Source: a virus (lineage: Duplodnaviria > Caudoviricetes). From it: a DNA stretch of 64,000 bases. The stretch covers positions 1-64,000 of IMG/VR virus record IMGVR_UViG_2639762749_000010. The stretch is one strand, 5' to 3'. Positions 9,601 through 18,766 of this stretch are shown piece by piece (position 1 is the stretch's first letter; each line of letters opens with the position of its first letter). A model generated the notes under the pieces. The model saw only the letters and a program-made list of their open reading frames with translations, was not told where the DNA came from and made no database searches. Made by a program: the position numbers and the translations under genes.

Positions 9601-10612
9601 CCGCTTTCCAGAAAGAGCCACCAGCGGACCCCATAACATCTACTGCGCCCCCCTCCTTTGTGTCTGTCAGTGTCTTGCCTGACGCTCCCATTATCCCACC
9701 GAGCTTACGCAGAAAACCGGCCTGCATTTTCGCGTTGTCTTTTTTTTCCTGTTGCTGTGCTTTATTGGTTTTGAGTGATTCGTTTTTGTCTTTTGACGCA
9801 AAACGCCCTGAAGCTGTGCGGGGCTGTTCGGTTTTGTTGCCGCTATTGGGACGTGTAGAGGTTGCCGGGACAGTATCATTTCCCGTTTTGATATTTTTTG
9901 CGGCTACCGACGCGAGCGCTTTTTGGTTTCCATTTAGCGCCTTTTTGTTCGCCAAATAGGATTTCAATGAAACGGTGTTAGGGGGATTGTCAGTGCCATT
10001 ATTTTTGTGTGTTGCTTGTTTGTCATTTGCGATATAAACATCGTTTATTTGATTATCGTTTGCCGTGCGTTTTGTTTTACCAACCGTTTGGTGTGCGCTT
10101 GGATAACGAACGTTGTTTATTTGCTTGTCGTTTGTGATGCGAACATCGTTTATTTGATTATCGTTTGCCGTGCGTTTTGTTTTACCAACCGTTTGGCGTG
10201 CATTTGGATAACGAACGTTGTTTATTTGCTTGTCATTTGTGATGCGAACATCGTTTATTTGATTATCGTTTGCCGTGTGTTTTATTTTACCAACCGTTTG
10301 GTGTGCATTTGGATGACGAACATTATCCGTTTGTTCGCTATTTGAGTTTTGCGTGTCGCTGGCTGGTGGTGCTTTTTCCGCCGCAATGAGTTTTAGGCCA
10401 AGAGAATTAGGCGGGTTTTTTTTTGATACGCTGCGTGATGGCCGGCTGATAATTAACCCATCGTCACCCGCATTGACCTTGCCGTTTTTGCTGAACAGAT
10501 TGCGGATATCGGTTCGGATATCCGCAAGGGCCGATAATTCCGCATCACTGGCTTTTTCAATCGCATTGATGATGCGTTCCTGTTCTTGTAGCTTTAATGC
10601 TGTGTTGACCAT
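6662..10612 (-). CDS. sit: Tape measure / structural lytic protein, Sit-like
   Basis: 1316 aa, Ala/Lys-rich, with a muralytic-type domain (RNNNFGNL...FAKFDTPEEGMRAL...TVESIITKYAP.NENNT.AY); synteny. Confidence 0.85.
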   Translation of the reverse strand: MVNTALKLQEQERIINAIEKASDAELSALADIRTDIRNLFSKNGKVNAGDDGLIISRPSRSVSKKNPPNSLGLKLIAAEKAPPASDTQNSNSEQTDNVRHPNAHQTVGKIKHTANDNQINDVRITNDKQINNVRYPNARQTVGKTKRTANDNQINDVRITNDKQINNVRYPSAHQTVGKTKRTANDNQINDVYIANDKQATHKNNGTDNPPNTVSLKSYLANKKALNGNQKALASVAAKNIKTGNDTVPATSTRPNSGNKTEQPRTASGRFASKDKNESLKTNKAQQQEKKDNAKMQAGFLRKLGGIMGASGKTLTDTKEGGAVDVMGSAGGSFWKAGKEAANVTSNAVNNVVSLHDWVNGKREKTQPATKQAAITRPSIPAPALGGEKQTKSANAFSAQDQNNQTKVIKEQTKLTQANDEKVISLLEDLVDKNKEKNGDGILGTLFSALAIKAIGKKIGGKLGAAILSALALGKIKSLISKFRSGGTDDSGIDIDVDGRDKKKTKTKTKTKNKKTIKNIGKGAAKTTAAVASSTGTILAGKAILDSAEDKISENATQKTATKGAEKAAESSAEKTTKAGAGKSAAKAAGKLAAKTALKAVPVVGTVLGAGWDAYDGFTDTDAQRETFGLKDGQEATTRQKTEYALANVADLGGLVSGSAGLLADGAKWLGMDSASDALTFDAGDIAKALDNKVTGVLNLFSSDDQNKKDAQQLKQSESENIELVQAITEGADKTTQAVNSLANQIPLLGAEMGQDGKTVPTVSPTTPLQNNFGDGLNIGGKNASNRNFRNNNFGNLVYVGQKGARLEDANAKGERTFAKFDTPEEGMRALANQITAYANGTSKAVGYQKLNTVESIITKYAPKNENNTEAYIDNLSNALDVKADQQLDLSNPEVMTKMIRAISTIEGGNPQVTDEFIKNAIGTRDESANSWVGKFSPETLAHVNKARAENGLTAIHSGEQFSAPETIGTTAQAKGNMASVASLATTAPESKTKYQEHQEHQEHQEAKDVKTSDDKKTGYWDSIKDARNIADEKITNVLEGNNVAGIRLNRPDAGLTLPANASAKNLPAGLRTAMLPADQIALAHKTKRVENRAYNPLEQTQSYRENIPVSAITSANKGSISVALAKNVNEPLPEPKPASGSFSQTLADIVLPSMADTAKSMTQGFSSSGMLDDMLGTLGLDNSQTSAFSPLTGFISQQIDSGVHGMVDTVANTVRQPVSMTMPSRLPTVTDLAASGVKTPVTRDKSSSNTDSAMLTQLQKISASIEKLIGVQKEANNNGKDPNTTENSAQPAPRSDIPLGAANDALSEMLRDRNH
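10019..10323. repeat. About three tandem 105-bp (35-aa) repeats in sit
   Basis: CAACCGTTTGG at 10081, 10186 and 10291; unit NVR(H/Y)PNA(H/R)QTVGK.K.TANDNQINDVRITNDKQIN. Confidence 0.95.
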
Positions 10613-10625
10613 GTAGTTATCACCA

Positions 10626-10797
10626 TCACGTATTTTTCTTGAACTTTTCTTCTAGTGATTCATTCATCTTGAAGGCACGCCATTCAGGTAGCCTGTCTAT
10701 ATCACCGGTGGGCTGATTACCGTAAAGTGCCAGATTAGTTGTTAATACCAGCCATCCATTGAGATCTAAAGTCTGGAAAGAAGTTGTGATTCCGAAA
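10626..10797 (-). CDS. Putative frameshift extension (T-like part) of the tail assembly chaperone
   Basis: Open frame, +1 relative to pmgB, fills the gap to sit (…NLALYGNQPTGDIDRLPEWRAFKMNESLEEKFKKNT) and has no convincing start of its own. Confidence 0.55.
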
Positions 10798-11568
10798 TGG
10801 GGTGTACAGCTGAGTGTATTGACTGGCCGTACCCTCCTTACCTGAATTAGGGCAAACATGTTTTGGTAGCAGCAGGTTAGCGACCCCTTTTTCAATTTTC
10901 ATGGCGAGCCCATGAGCCAGGCGGCGATTCATCAGCTCAATACTGGCGACTAACGGTGGAAACTCCGTATCCAGTGCCATTTGTTTTATGAGTTCATAAC
11001 GGATTTGGGCGGCTTTCATGAAGTCTTCCGGTTGTTCATGCAAATGAGCCTGGTGCGTTAATTCCATGACCCTGAGATTAATCAGTTCCTTGCGATAAGA
11101 AGGGTCATTCTGGGGTGGCAGGTTATTGCGTGCGGTTTCGAGGTGTTCCATTGCCCGACCATCTAATGGCTTCAATACCCAGTCTTTGGGTTGGCCGTTT
11201 ACGGGAATAGAGACGGTTTCAAAGGCTTCAACGGTAAGCACGCCCGCTGTCATATCCAGTTCTCTTGCATCGTAGTCGTAATAATGGTCTTTTTGGCAAT
11301 GGGAGCACACATAAGAAACAGTTAATGTCGTGTTGATTCTGGAATTACAGAAGATCCACCATAACGCGGTGCGCCGGTCTTGGGCCGTCCAAAGCGCAGC
11401 ATCATGCTTATTCTCTCCACACTGAATTTCATTCAAATAACGCGTTGTCAGGGCTTCTTCCTGATCAGGATCAGTGCCACAATATGACATGGCATCGGCG
11501 ACATCAGACATTCGGAACCGAATTTCCACATTGGGATTAGAGGGCAGGGGGAAATCAGGAATTTGCAT
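10735..11568 (-). CDS. pmgB: PmgB-like protein, probable tail assembly chaperone/hub
   Basis: FPLPS.P, WTAQDR.TALWWIF, C.HC...HYYD and PFR..FFP match P1 PmgB; directly upstream of the tape measure gene. Confidence 0.85.
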   Translation of the reverse strand: MQIPDFPLPSNPNVEIRFRMSDVADAMSYCGTDPDQEEALTTRYLNEIQCGENKHDAALWTAQDRRTALWWIFCNSRINTTLTVSYVCSHCQKDHYYDYDARELDMTAGVLTVEAFETVSIPVNGQPKDWVLKPLDGRAMEHLETARNNLPPQNDPSYRKELINLRVMELTHQAHLHEQPEDFMKAAQIRYELIKQMALDTEFPPLVASIELMNRRLAHGLAMKIEKGVANLLLPKHVCPNSGKEGTASQYTQLYTPFRNHNFFPDFRSQWMAGINN

Positions 11569-11579
11569 ACATAACCCAT

Positions 11580-12299
11580 TTAAAATTTAATAATATTATT
11601 TGTGCTAACCGCCCCAGACGCTGCATTACGTAGGGCGCTACCCATGATTGATGTCGTGCTTGTTTCAATGGATGACATCTTAATGAAGGTCAGAGGGTAG
11701 GAAAGAAATTCTGTCACCTGATCACGGGCTCGCGTAGTTTCTCCGCGAGAAATCGGAAAGACGTCAAATTCACTCTCCAGCTCGATGCCGCCGCTTTGCA
11801 TCACACGATATATGCGTATTCCCATCGCGTATTGAGACGGAAGATTGACGGTGCCATCTCCATTGGTGACACGATCTGCTCTTTCATCAAACCAATGCGC
11901 AATGGCACCCTCTTCGGAATCACGAACGGTAATCGTGATTGTGCCCGCTTCCCGGTGTGTGGGTTTGTTGAAAACGACCGCACCAATCTGTTTAGCCTCT
12001 GTTTCTATCGTGACGGAATCGTAAGTAATGTCTTTGACAAACATATCTAAGCCATTCAGTCCGTCCGCTTCGATAGCCCATTGCCAGCCTTGCGCGTAGC
12101 GAATACGCAGGGCAGAGTGGGCGATGGATTTCGCATGGCGAAGTTCATCACTTAGACTTCTCGTACCGCCCGCGTTGCCGGAGAGTATGGAGGTTGAACG
12201 TTCCAGAACTTTGCCAATAAAATTATTGCTTGCGGCTTTACCGAAGCTGGACAGGCTGTTGTAGCCTAGCGACTTTCCTACTCCGCTGAAGATCCCCAT
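11580..12299 (-). CDS. tub: Tub-like tail tube/baseplate protein
   Basis: AQGWQW.IE.DGL.G.D.F.KDITY and ARDQVTEF.SYP.TF match P1 Tub. Confidence 0.85.
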   Translation of the reverse strand: MGIFSGVGKSLGYNSLSSFGKAASNNFIGKVLERSTSILSGNAGGTRSLSDELRHAKSIAHSALRIRYAQGWQWAIEADGLNGLDMFVKDITYDSVTIETEAKQIGAVVFNKPTHREAGTITITVRDSEEGAIAHWFDERADRVTNGDGTVNLPSQYAMGIRIYRVMQSGGIELESEFDVFPISRGETTRARDQVTEFLSYPLTFIKMSSIETSTTSIMGSALRNAASGAVSTNNIIKF

Positions 12300-12308
12300 G
12301 TCGTCTCC

Positions 12309-12863
12309 TTACGGCATTAAGCTGGCACCGGTGATAATGGCTCTGTTGGACGACATTTTGTCTTCCAGATCAATTTTACGTTGATACAGCGTGGTTTCAT
12401 CAGGAAGGTGACTAACATCAAGTTTGCCTGATACCGACACTCGCCGCTTACGTTCTGTGTTTTGAATATCGATCAGGCACTCCAGGTAGTTTTCCAGTAC
12501 ACCACAGAGGCTGGGGGGAATAACCCAATTATCTAAATCACAATCCCGCATATTGGCGAGATACACTAACGTCAACGGGTAGCGTTCACCGCCCAGTAAA
12601 TCAAGCTGTAGCTGATCGGCATAAGGCTCGGCAAAAACGAGTGAGCTACGGTTATCAATGACATGGACTAACTCAAGATAATCATCAGGATAGGGCAGGG
12701 ATGTCCCTGCCTCTTTCGCTAAATGAATCCGTTTAATGAGTCCTGCGCGATCTTGATATTCGGTCAGTGCCTTAACCAGCATCCCTTTTAGCGTGTTTTC
12801 TTCCACAACAAGGAGTGGCCTGAATCGCGTTTTAACAGAATCCAAGAGTTGCATCGGTGTCAT
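12309..12863 (-). CDS. pmgC: PmgC-like head-tail adaptor
   Basis: MTP.QLL..VKTRF.PL...KAL..YQDRAG.IKRI matches P1 PmgC. Confidence 0.8.
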   Translation of the reverse strand: MTPMQLLDSVKTRFRPLLVVEENTLKGMLVKALTEYQDRAGLIKRIHLAKEAGTSLPYPDDYLELVHVIDNRSSLVFAEPYADQLQLDLLGGERYPLTLVYLANMRDCDLDNWVIPPSLCGVLENYLECLIDIQNTERKRRVSVSGKLDVSHLPDETTLYQRKIDLEDKMSSNRAIITGASLMP

Positions 12864-12866
12864 TTA

Positions 12867-13358
12867 TTATTCCTGCCAGTTGTACACAGCACGCATAGAA
12901 GGGCGAACAACCGCCGTAATATCTTCAGACGCCAGATCAACGGCGTCACAGTACAACTTCACCATTTCATATGAACGAATGGGATTGCCTGATCCACCAT
13001 CTTTCGATTCACTGGCGAGGTAAATATCAATGTCGATATACGCTTTTTCCAACACCCATTCTTTGACTGCGGCCAACACAACGCCTTCAATGGTTTCTGC
13101 ACACTGAAACTGAAATTCGCCCTGATTTCTAAATACGCCGTGCTGGTTGATTTTGATACCGGAAGGCGCATAATCCTCAACGTCTTCCCGGGTAAACTCC
13201 CCGAGCTGTGTAGTACGAATAAGGATAGAGAGGTGTTCGTAGCCTTTGATTACCATCCAATAATCCGCGCCGATGAGTCGTTCACCCGCCGCTTTGGATT
13301 GGTTAAAACGTTTTTTCAAAAACGCCTTATTCGCTTTACTATTACTGAATCCAGCCAT
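12867..13358 (-). CDS. bplB: BplB-like tail tube protein
   Basis: TREDVEDY.P.G.K.NQHG..RN.GE and ED.TA.VRPS.R.VYNW match P1 BplB. Confidence 0.88.
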   Translation of the reverse strand: MAGFSNSKANKAFLKKRFNQSKAAGERLIGADYWMVIKGYEHLSILIRTTQLGEFTREDVEDYAPSGIKINQHGVFRNQGEFQFQCAETIEGVVLAAVKEWVLEKAYIDIDIYLASESKDGGSGNPIRSYEMVKLYCDAVDLASEDITAVVRPSMRAVYNWQE

Positions 13359-13370
13359 TAATTAACTCCA

Positions 13371-13946
13371 TCAAATAAACATGTAAGGAATTTCTGATCT
13401 GTTCTGAACCTGCATACCGGAGAGCGAAAGTGTCACCGTGTTATGTGTGTAATACCCCTCAGCCGTTTTAGGTGCATCGAGTTCGAAGTTTACTTCCTGA
13501 ATTACAACATCAGTGAGTTTTAACCGGCGTCCTATATCGATCACCACGGGTTCAGGGCGTCTTCCTCCGGGCATTGCCACTCCCAACTCAGGCGAGGCCA
13601 TTTGCAATAACGTCATAATGGCTGACTGGACCTCGATCTGAGCGTCTTGCTTCGCCATAAAATGCAAAGGCAGGGTGATTTGCGGTGGTTTTTGACCTTG
13701 CCAAACCATTAATGAGTTAATACGGGTGATGGAGGTACTGTCTGTCATGACCTGTGCGCCATTGGCGATAGTCGATATCCCCGCCATCGAACCAATGGAA
13801 TCATTCTCGAAAGGTGATTCCCAGAGGGATTGTAGCGTTGCCGTCGCACCGTCACCGATATAGCCGACAACCATCGAGTCTTCGTTAGTAATATAAGCCT
13901 TTAAAAATGGACTGATACCATCCGGCATGACCGCACCACAAATCAT
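13371..13946 (-). CDS. pmgG: PmgG-like tail tube initiator/baseplate protein
   Basis: DGISPFLK, WESPFE.DS, MASPEL and PGGR.P motifs; synteny 21-pmgG-bplB. Confidence 0.75.
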   Translation of the reverse strand: MICGAVMPDGISPFLKAYITNEDSMVVGYIGDGATATLQSLWESPFENDSIGSMAGISTIANGAQVMTDSTSITRINSLMVWQGQKPPQITLPLHFMAKQDAQIEVQSAIMTLLQMASPELGVAMPGGRRPEPVVIDIGRRLKLTDVVIQEVNFELDAPKTAEGYYTHNTVTLSLSGMQVQNRSEIPYMFI

Positions 13947-13991
13947 GAAACTCCCCTTATACCACCAGCTAAAATGCGGGTGGCATCGTTG

Positions 13992-14726
13992 TTACAAACC
14001 CCGTTTTTTACGAACAAGGTTGGATTTTTTACGCGCTTTCTTGGCCGACGCGGTTTGGGCTTTCATGCGGGCTTTTTTCAACGCACTTTTTTGGGCCGCA
14101 CTGAGGCGACGCGGACGCGGCTGTTTGCGGATCAACTTAACGACTCCGCCGCGTACGACCTTGATGCTGGCTTCCATCATTGCCCCTTCATCGCCACCGG
14201 TGACCGAAAACTCAGCAATGATGTTATCTTCGTCGTCTGGTGACACATCAATGGCAGAAAGAACGGCATCAGCGGCATCATCATCGGCGTTGTCGATCAT
14301 GGCTGTTACGTCGCTTTGATCTGCGCCCATAGCCACTGCCGCATCTGCCATGAGCCCTAACCACATGTTGTAGTCGTCGATTTGCTCATCGGTCAGTGCT
14401 TCATCGTTATCTTGAAGAAGATCGGCCAGTCCCAGCGCAAATTCATCAAATGAATCGAAAGTGCCCTCGCCATTTTGAACCCAATCAATCACCGCTGCGG
14501 CGGCAATCCCGCGAGAGTCTTGTTCTGCCTTTTTGTATACAGCTTCCAGCAGCATATCCTCTGATGTGTTGCTATCCCCCATTGGGGACGCCGGTTGAAC
14601 CGCGTTGCCAGCGATCTTGGCCTGATTGGACTCCATCATTGCCACCTGACCCACGGGAGTGGCGAATGCCCTCAAACGAGATGTCAGCAGCGCTCCGCGT
14701 GTGAAAAGACCTTTACTTATACTCAT
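13992..14726 (-). CDS. 21: gp21-like morphogenesis protein
   Basis: Acidic core with basic tail RRLSAAQKSALKKAR.KA.T; several MES/MLEA/MMEA motifs; position downstream of the sheath gene. Confidence 0.75.
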   Translation of the reverse strand: MSISKGLFTRGALLTSRLRAFATPVGQVAMMESNQAKIAGNAVQPASPMGDSNTSEDMLLEAVYKKAEQDSRGIAAAAVIDWVQNGEGTFDSFDEFALGLADLLQDNDEALTDEQIDDYNMWLGLMADAAVAMGADQSDVTAMIDNADDDAADAVLSAIDVSPDDEDNIIAEFSVTGGDEGAMMEASIKVVRGGVVKLIRKQPRPRRLSAAQKSALKKARMKAQTASAKKARKKSNLVRKKRGL

Positions 14727-14744
14727 TTTTCCTCACCTACTTAA

Positions 14745-16322
14745 TTACGGAATTAACACCGGTTCAGCTACGATCCGGCGTGATACACCGGTTGGACAGG
14801 CTTCGTATCTGATATGCCACATATCAAATTCATCCTGTGTGACGGTAACAACGTATGGCGCGGTGCCATTGGCCGCATTACGCGGTGCCACCAATGCTTC
14901 AGAGGCAACAAAGCGATCAAGCAGCTTAGGGATTTCCCTTTCTAGGCCACGTCGGGTAATGCCATCCGGTTCATGTTTCAACGCATTGCCGATGTCATAA
15001 ACAAGGCGAGCAATCGCATTGAATGTGCTATTGACGTGCTGGAATCGGAGGTAGTTTTTCTTGGCATACGTAGTGAGTGCGTCATCGATCATGACAGAGC
15101 CATCGGAGGCAAAACCAACGGTATTGATCCCACTCGCTGCGTAGAGTTCGCGGTCAATGTCAGCCGCCGCCGGACGTGGCTTGATGTTTTGTCGGAGCAA
15201 TACGCCGCGTGACTGCCCAGCGGGTGAGAGATGATAGCCACCTACGTCTGACACCATCGCAACACCTTTGGCTTTAGCGGTAAACGCATCACCAGATAGG
15301 CCATAAACGACCTGTGCACCGGAGAAAGTATCACGGCAGCTGTAAGGAAGATGGTAACGGCAAATATGTGCGTAACTACCAAATCCCTGTTCCTGAGCCG
15401 TTTTAATCGCGTCAGATGGCATAGACGCTGGTGGCAAATCGCAAAACATGTCTACACGAACATCATTAGCTAATTTAGCTAATTGGGACAGGGCGGTGCT
15501 GTCATAACAACCTAATGATAAAATGGCGGTGTAATTCACCATTGAAGCACTGAGCGCCTTGATCGCTTGCGCATACGCTTCACTGGTGATCTTGCTCATG
15601 TCACCGTCTGATCCGCCAACAAAAGGCTGATCTTCGAAGCCCTGATAGTAGTCTGGAAAACGCGATACACGACTGCCCATAACCGCACGTAAACGATGTG
15701 TGTTGTTTTCCAGGGCAATAGGTAAGTAAGCGGGTTGCCCCATATCATCAATAGCGTCAGGCTGAAGCGATACCTGAATCGTATCTAGTGTGTGTTGTTT
15801 ACCAAAACTGTCTGTCTCTTTTAGCGTGAGGGTAAAAAAGAACCCTTTTTGGTTTTCATCCTTAATCAAGGATAACGTGCGATTGGCGGACGCATCACCG
15901 TCATTAACATAGATTTCGAAGAAAGAGTCATCGTTTAGTTCTATGTCATCACTGGGAGGTACATTTTTTGCGAAAGGGATCGCTTTGCCATATTCTCTTT
16001 CTTGAGCCACCCCAATGACCGGAATTCTCATGTTCGGCGTTTCGACGCGCACTATATAGCCATTACCCCCGTTTAACGCCTGATAAACATGGCGATACGG
16101 TTCAAAGTGTTGGCCTGCATGAGGATGGATCGGATCACCTAACACTTTTTGCAATGTATCCGGTGTGACGTATTGTACGGTGTTTGGTTTACCCCGTTTG
16201 GCAACAACCACACCGGCAAAAACGGATGATCCACCCGTCGCATTTGTAAATGTGGCATCCGCGTTGGGTGGCATAATGGCAACACCGGTGGCTTGACCAA
16301 TAGCGAAAGGAATTTTATTCAT
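14745..16322 (-). CDS. 22: Contractile tail sheath protein
   Basis: HLSPAGQSRG, IDDALT...NYLRFQH, LKHEPDG and CPTGV.RRI sheath motifs; 525 aa. Confidence 0.92.
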   Translation of the reverse strand: MNKIPFAIGQATGVAIMPPNADATFTNATGGSSVFAGVVVAKRGKPNTVQYVTPDTLQKVLGDPIHPHAGQHFEPYRHVYQALNGGNGYIVRVETPNMRIPVIGVAQEREYGKAIPFAKNVPPSDDIELNDDSFFEIYVNDGDASANRTLSLIKDENQKGFFFTLTLKETDSFGKQHTLDTIQVSLQPDAIDDMGQPAYLPIALENNTHRLRAVMGSRVSRFPDYYQGFEDQPFVGGSDGDMSKITSEAYAQAIKALSASMVNYTAILSLGCYDSTALSQLAKLANDVRVDMFCDLPPASMPSDAIKTAQEQGFGSYAHICRYHLPYSCRDTFSGAQVVYGLSGDAFTAKAKGVAMVSDVGGYHLSPAGQSRGVLLRQNIKPRPAAADIDRELYAASGINTVGFASDGSVMIDDALTTYAKKNYLRFQHVNSTFNAIARLVYDIGNALKHEPDGITRRGLEREIPKLLDRFVASEALVAPRNAANGTAPYVVTVTQDEFDMWHIRYEACPTGVSRRIVAEPVLIP

Positions 16323-16372
16323 TTGTTTGTTATTCCTTATGGCGCCATTTCTGGCGCCGTAATCAATGAAAT

Positions 16373-18169
16373 TTAATCAAGGTTTTTTTTGTCGTTCTTT
16401 TTGTCGTTCTTTTTGTCGTTATCCACGGTTGTAGACGTCGCATTTGTCTGGCTTTCGCTATGACCATCGGTGATGAGTTTGCCGGTGAGCATATCGATAG
16501 CGCCAATCTTGGTGTTGGTTAGCGTGAGCTTGGTGAAATACTTCTCGCCGTTTCTGGGGTGAATTTCATTCACCGCTGAACCCCACAGTGTGGTGCGGTT
16601 GATCAGTGACGTTGTCGTTGGATGCACAAAGGGAATGGCAGGAACGGCATCACCGGCAACTAAACCGGCATCGCCGATATTGTCACCACGGCCGTAGAAG
16701 AAAATGTCGTTGGCAGAAAACTTACACCCTTCGTTGGACAGCTGTTCACAGACCGTTTCCGGCACTTCAAAAATACGGTATACGCCGAACAGCGTACCGA
16801 TGAACTGAATGCGCGGAGACTGGACATAACCTTCAGCAGGTTTGAAGTAAGTTTCCGGCATAGATTTAATGAAGTTAGCCGCAGCCCCCCCCGCAAACCC
16901 GCCACGAATTCCCGTTTTTTTGGTACGGTTGGTCATTTGGGTGGATTCGTTCGTGATGGCCGATTTCAGCAACGCAACGTAGGAATCCCATTGCTGGGTT
17001 GTTGGCAAGGCAATATCAAATTCACTGCCGTGGATGGTATGAAAGACGATCTTGCGTAGACGCATCATGTCAATTTCATGGGATAGCCAGCTGCGCACGG
17101 CTGAGAATTGCATGGAAGCCAAATCCAGACCAAACTCCCGTTTAGCATCCATCAGCGACTGGATGGTGTGTTCCGCTGCCAGTACGTATTGGGACGGTAC
17201 AACCGTCCATTTACGCATCCCGTGATTAACCAATGGGATCAGGTCGGCTTTTTTCTCAATATCAATTTCAAGCGCAACGGCTAACTCAGTCCCTTTTGCT
17301 GGGATATTGTCGCCATTAAATTCAACCGTGATCTCACCTTTGGCATAATCAATCGTGCCGGTGACGGAATAAGTCACACCGGAATGATCCTGACCGTCAA
17401 AGTAGACCTTGCCGGATTTGTTGTCACGGTCAGAACGTTTGCGGTTGACCATCAGCACCGTGCGACCCGCCCGGATAGGCATTCCCTGGCCTTCCTGAGT
17501 CTCAGCCAACTCGAATTTGAAGGACTTTTTTGTGCCATCGGGTTGCTGTTTATCGGGGAAAATATAGGTACGGCTCATTTGCGAGTAAACACCGGCAGAC
17601 TGCATGTTCAGTTCGTCACCGATGTTATAGGAGCCAAATTTAGAACCCGCCACGTTGAAGACTTCATAGACGTTTGATTCGTCACGTTCGCACGGGACGA
17701 AAGTACAGGCATCGCCTGTGGAAGCGCCTAATGCCGTCGGCAGGATCAGCGCCGCAAAAAGCGCCTGACGCATAATACCATCGCTGGTGGACATATCCGC
17801 TTTGACACTTTCGAACATGGCGGCACCGACCCCTTCATGTTTCTCCGCCGCCGCTTCCAAGATCAGGCGTTCACACGCATGATGGCAGTTAGCAATAATT
17901 TCAGATGAGGGGTAGTGACCATTGCGATCACTGTATTCCGCCAGACTATCAGCCCAAGCACTAGAAACTTGTCCAACGTATTCAGCATTGACGCCTTCAA
18001 ACATCGGGACAGTTTTAGCCGCAGCTAAGATACTATCGTAACGTTCTTGTGGATCGTCGATGAACACACCATCCCTGAACTGTGCATGTGCTGCGAACGA
18101 AAGGACTTGTGCAGCGCGTTCATTTACGTCTTTCTGACGCTCTTTGAATTCTTTAATATTATTACTCAC
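16373..18169 (-). CDS. 23: Major capsid protein, P1 gp23-like
   Basis: MFES processing-type motifs, ALILP..LGA.T.DACTF, AGDAVPAIPFVHPT...NRTTLWGSA.NE.HPRNG..YF; GTG start. Confidence 0.92.
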   Translation of the reverse strand: MSNNIKEFKERQKDVNERAAQVLSFAAHAQFRDGVFIDDPQERYDSILAAAKTVPMFEGVNAEYVGQVSSAWADSLAEYSDRNGHYPSSEIIANCHHACERLILEAAAEKHEGVGAAMFESVKADMSTSDGIMRQALFAALILPTALGASTGDACTFVPCERDESNVYEVFNVAGSKFGSYNIGDELNMQSAGVYSQMSRTYIFPDKQQPDGTKKSFKFELAETQEGQGMPIRAGRTVLMVNRKRSDRDNKSGKVYFDGQDHSGVTYSVTGTIDYAKGEITVEFNGDNIPAKGTELAVALEIDIEKKADLIPLVNHGMRKWTVVPSQYVLAAEHTIQSLMDAKREFGLDLASMQFSAVRSWLSHEIDMMRLRKIVFHTIHGSEFDIALPTTQQWDSYVALLKSAITNESTQMTNRTKKTGIRGGFAGGAAANFIKSMPETYFKPAEGYVQSPRIQFIGTLFGVYRIFEVPETVCEQLSNEGCKFSANDIFFYGRGDNIGDAGLVAGDAVPAIPFVHPTTTSLINRTTLWGSAVNEIHPRNGEKYFTKLTLTNTKIGAIDMLTGKLITDGHSESQTNATSTTVDNDKKNDKKNDKKNLD

Positions 18170-18290
18170 CGTAATGGCCCTTTTCAGAGTGCGAAGATAC
18201 GGGAGTCAGCTTTTCGACGTGCTTAGGATAGGTTAACTACAATATCCTGCCATAATCCTAACGCCGTGTTTTTTTGTATTTTTTCCAAAA

Positions 18291-18308
18291 AAAATCATTT
18301 AGAATTTT
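18291..18308 (-). promoter_or_regulatory. Putative C1 operator
   Basis: Reverse complement is AAAATTCTAAATGATTTT, a member of the repeated motif; lies upstream of the 18350 gene. Confidence 0.6.
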
Positions 18309-18349
18309 CAGCAGTTAGTCTAATTGAGTTAATAGTAAATAAGGAAATT

Positions 18350-18766
18350 ATGAGCTATCGCGTTTACCTGACATATGACAACGGTCGCCAGAGTCATCTA
18401 TACTTCACACGCGACAGAAAGGTGATCCATCAACATATTGAATCCGTGTTGACCGATGCTGATTTGCGCGAAACAGCGAAAGAAATTGTGCTTGAATACA
18501 AAAATAGGCTCTTGTTTAGCTTCAGTATGCGTGATGTGGACGATAAAACGATGGGGAAGATCCCTTGGCCGAAGTTGGGTAAGAAGCGCACCTTGAAAAC
18601 CCCGAAAATTGCGTCTTTGTCGATGCCGACCCAGATGTATGCGTTCTTACAGGAAATAGGGGGAGGAAGTGCCAGTAAGGGGATTCAGGAGATGTGTCTG
18701 GAAAAAATGGGCGATAAAGCCCCGATGGATGACATGTTTTACCATTGGCGTGATAGTTCATCATAA
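18350..18766 (+). CDS. Hypothetical protein with possible C-terminal ribbon-helix-helix
   Basis: ATG at 18350 with AAGGA SD; C-terminal SLSMPTQMYAFLQEIGGGSASKGIQ is RHH-like. Confidence 0.6.
   Translation: MSYRVYLTYDNGRQSHLYFTRDRKVIHQHIESVLTDADLRETAKEIVLEYKNRLLFSFSMRDVDDKTMGKIPWPKLGKKRTLKTPKIASLSMPTQMYAFLQEIGGGSASKGIQEMCLEKMGDKAPMDDMFYHWRDSSS

Noticed and set aside
8829-9959. Long plus-strand ORFs (228 and 131 aa) and similar antisense ORFs such as 37760..38500 and 58419..59234
   Set aside because: Shadows of real minus-strand genes, with no motifs or SD support.
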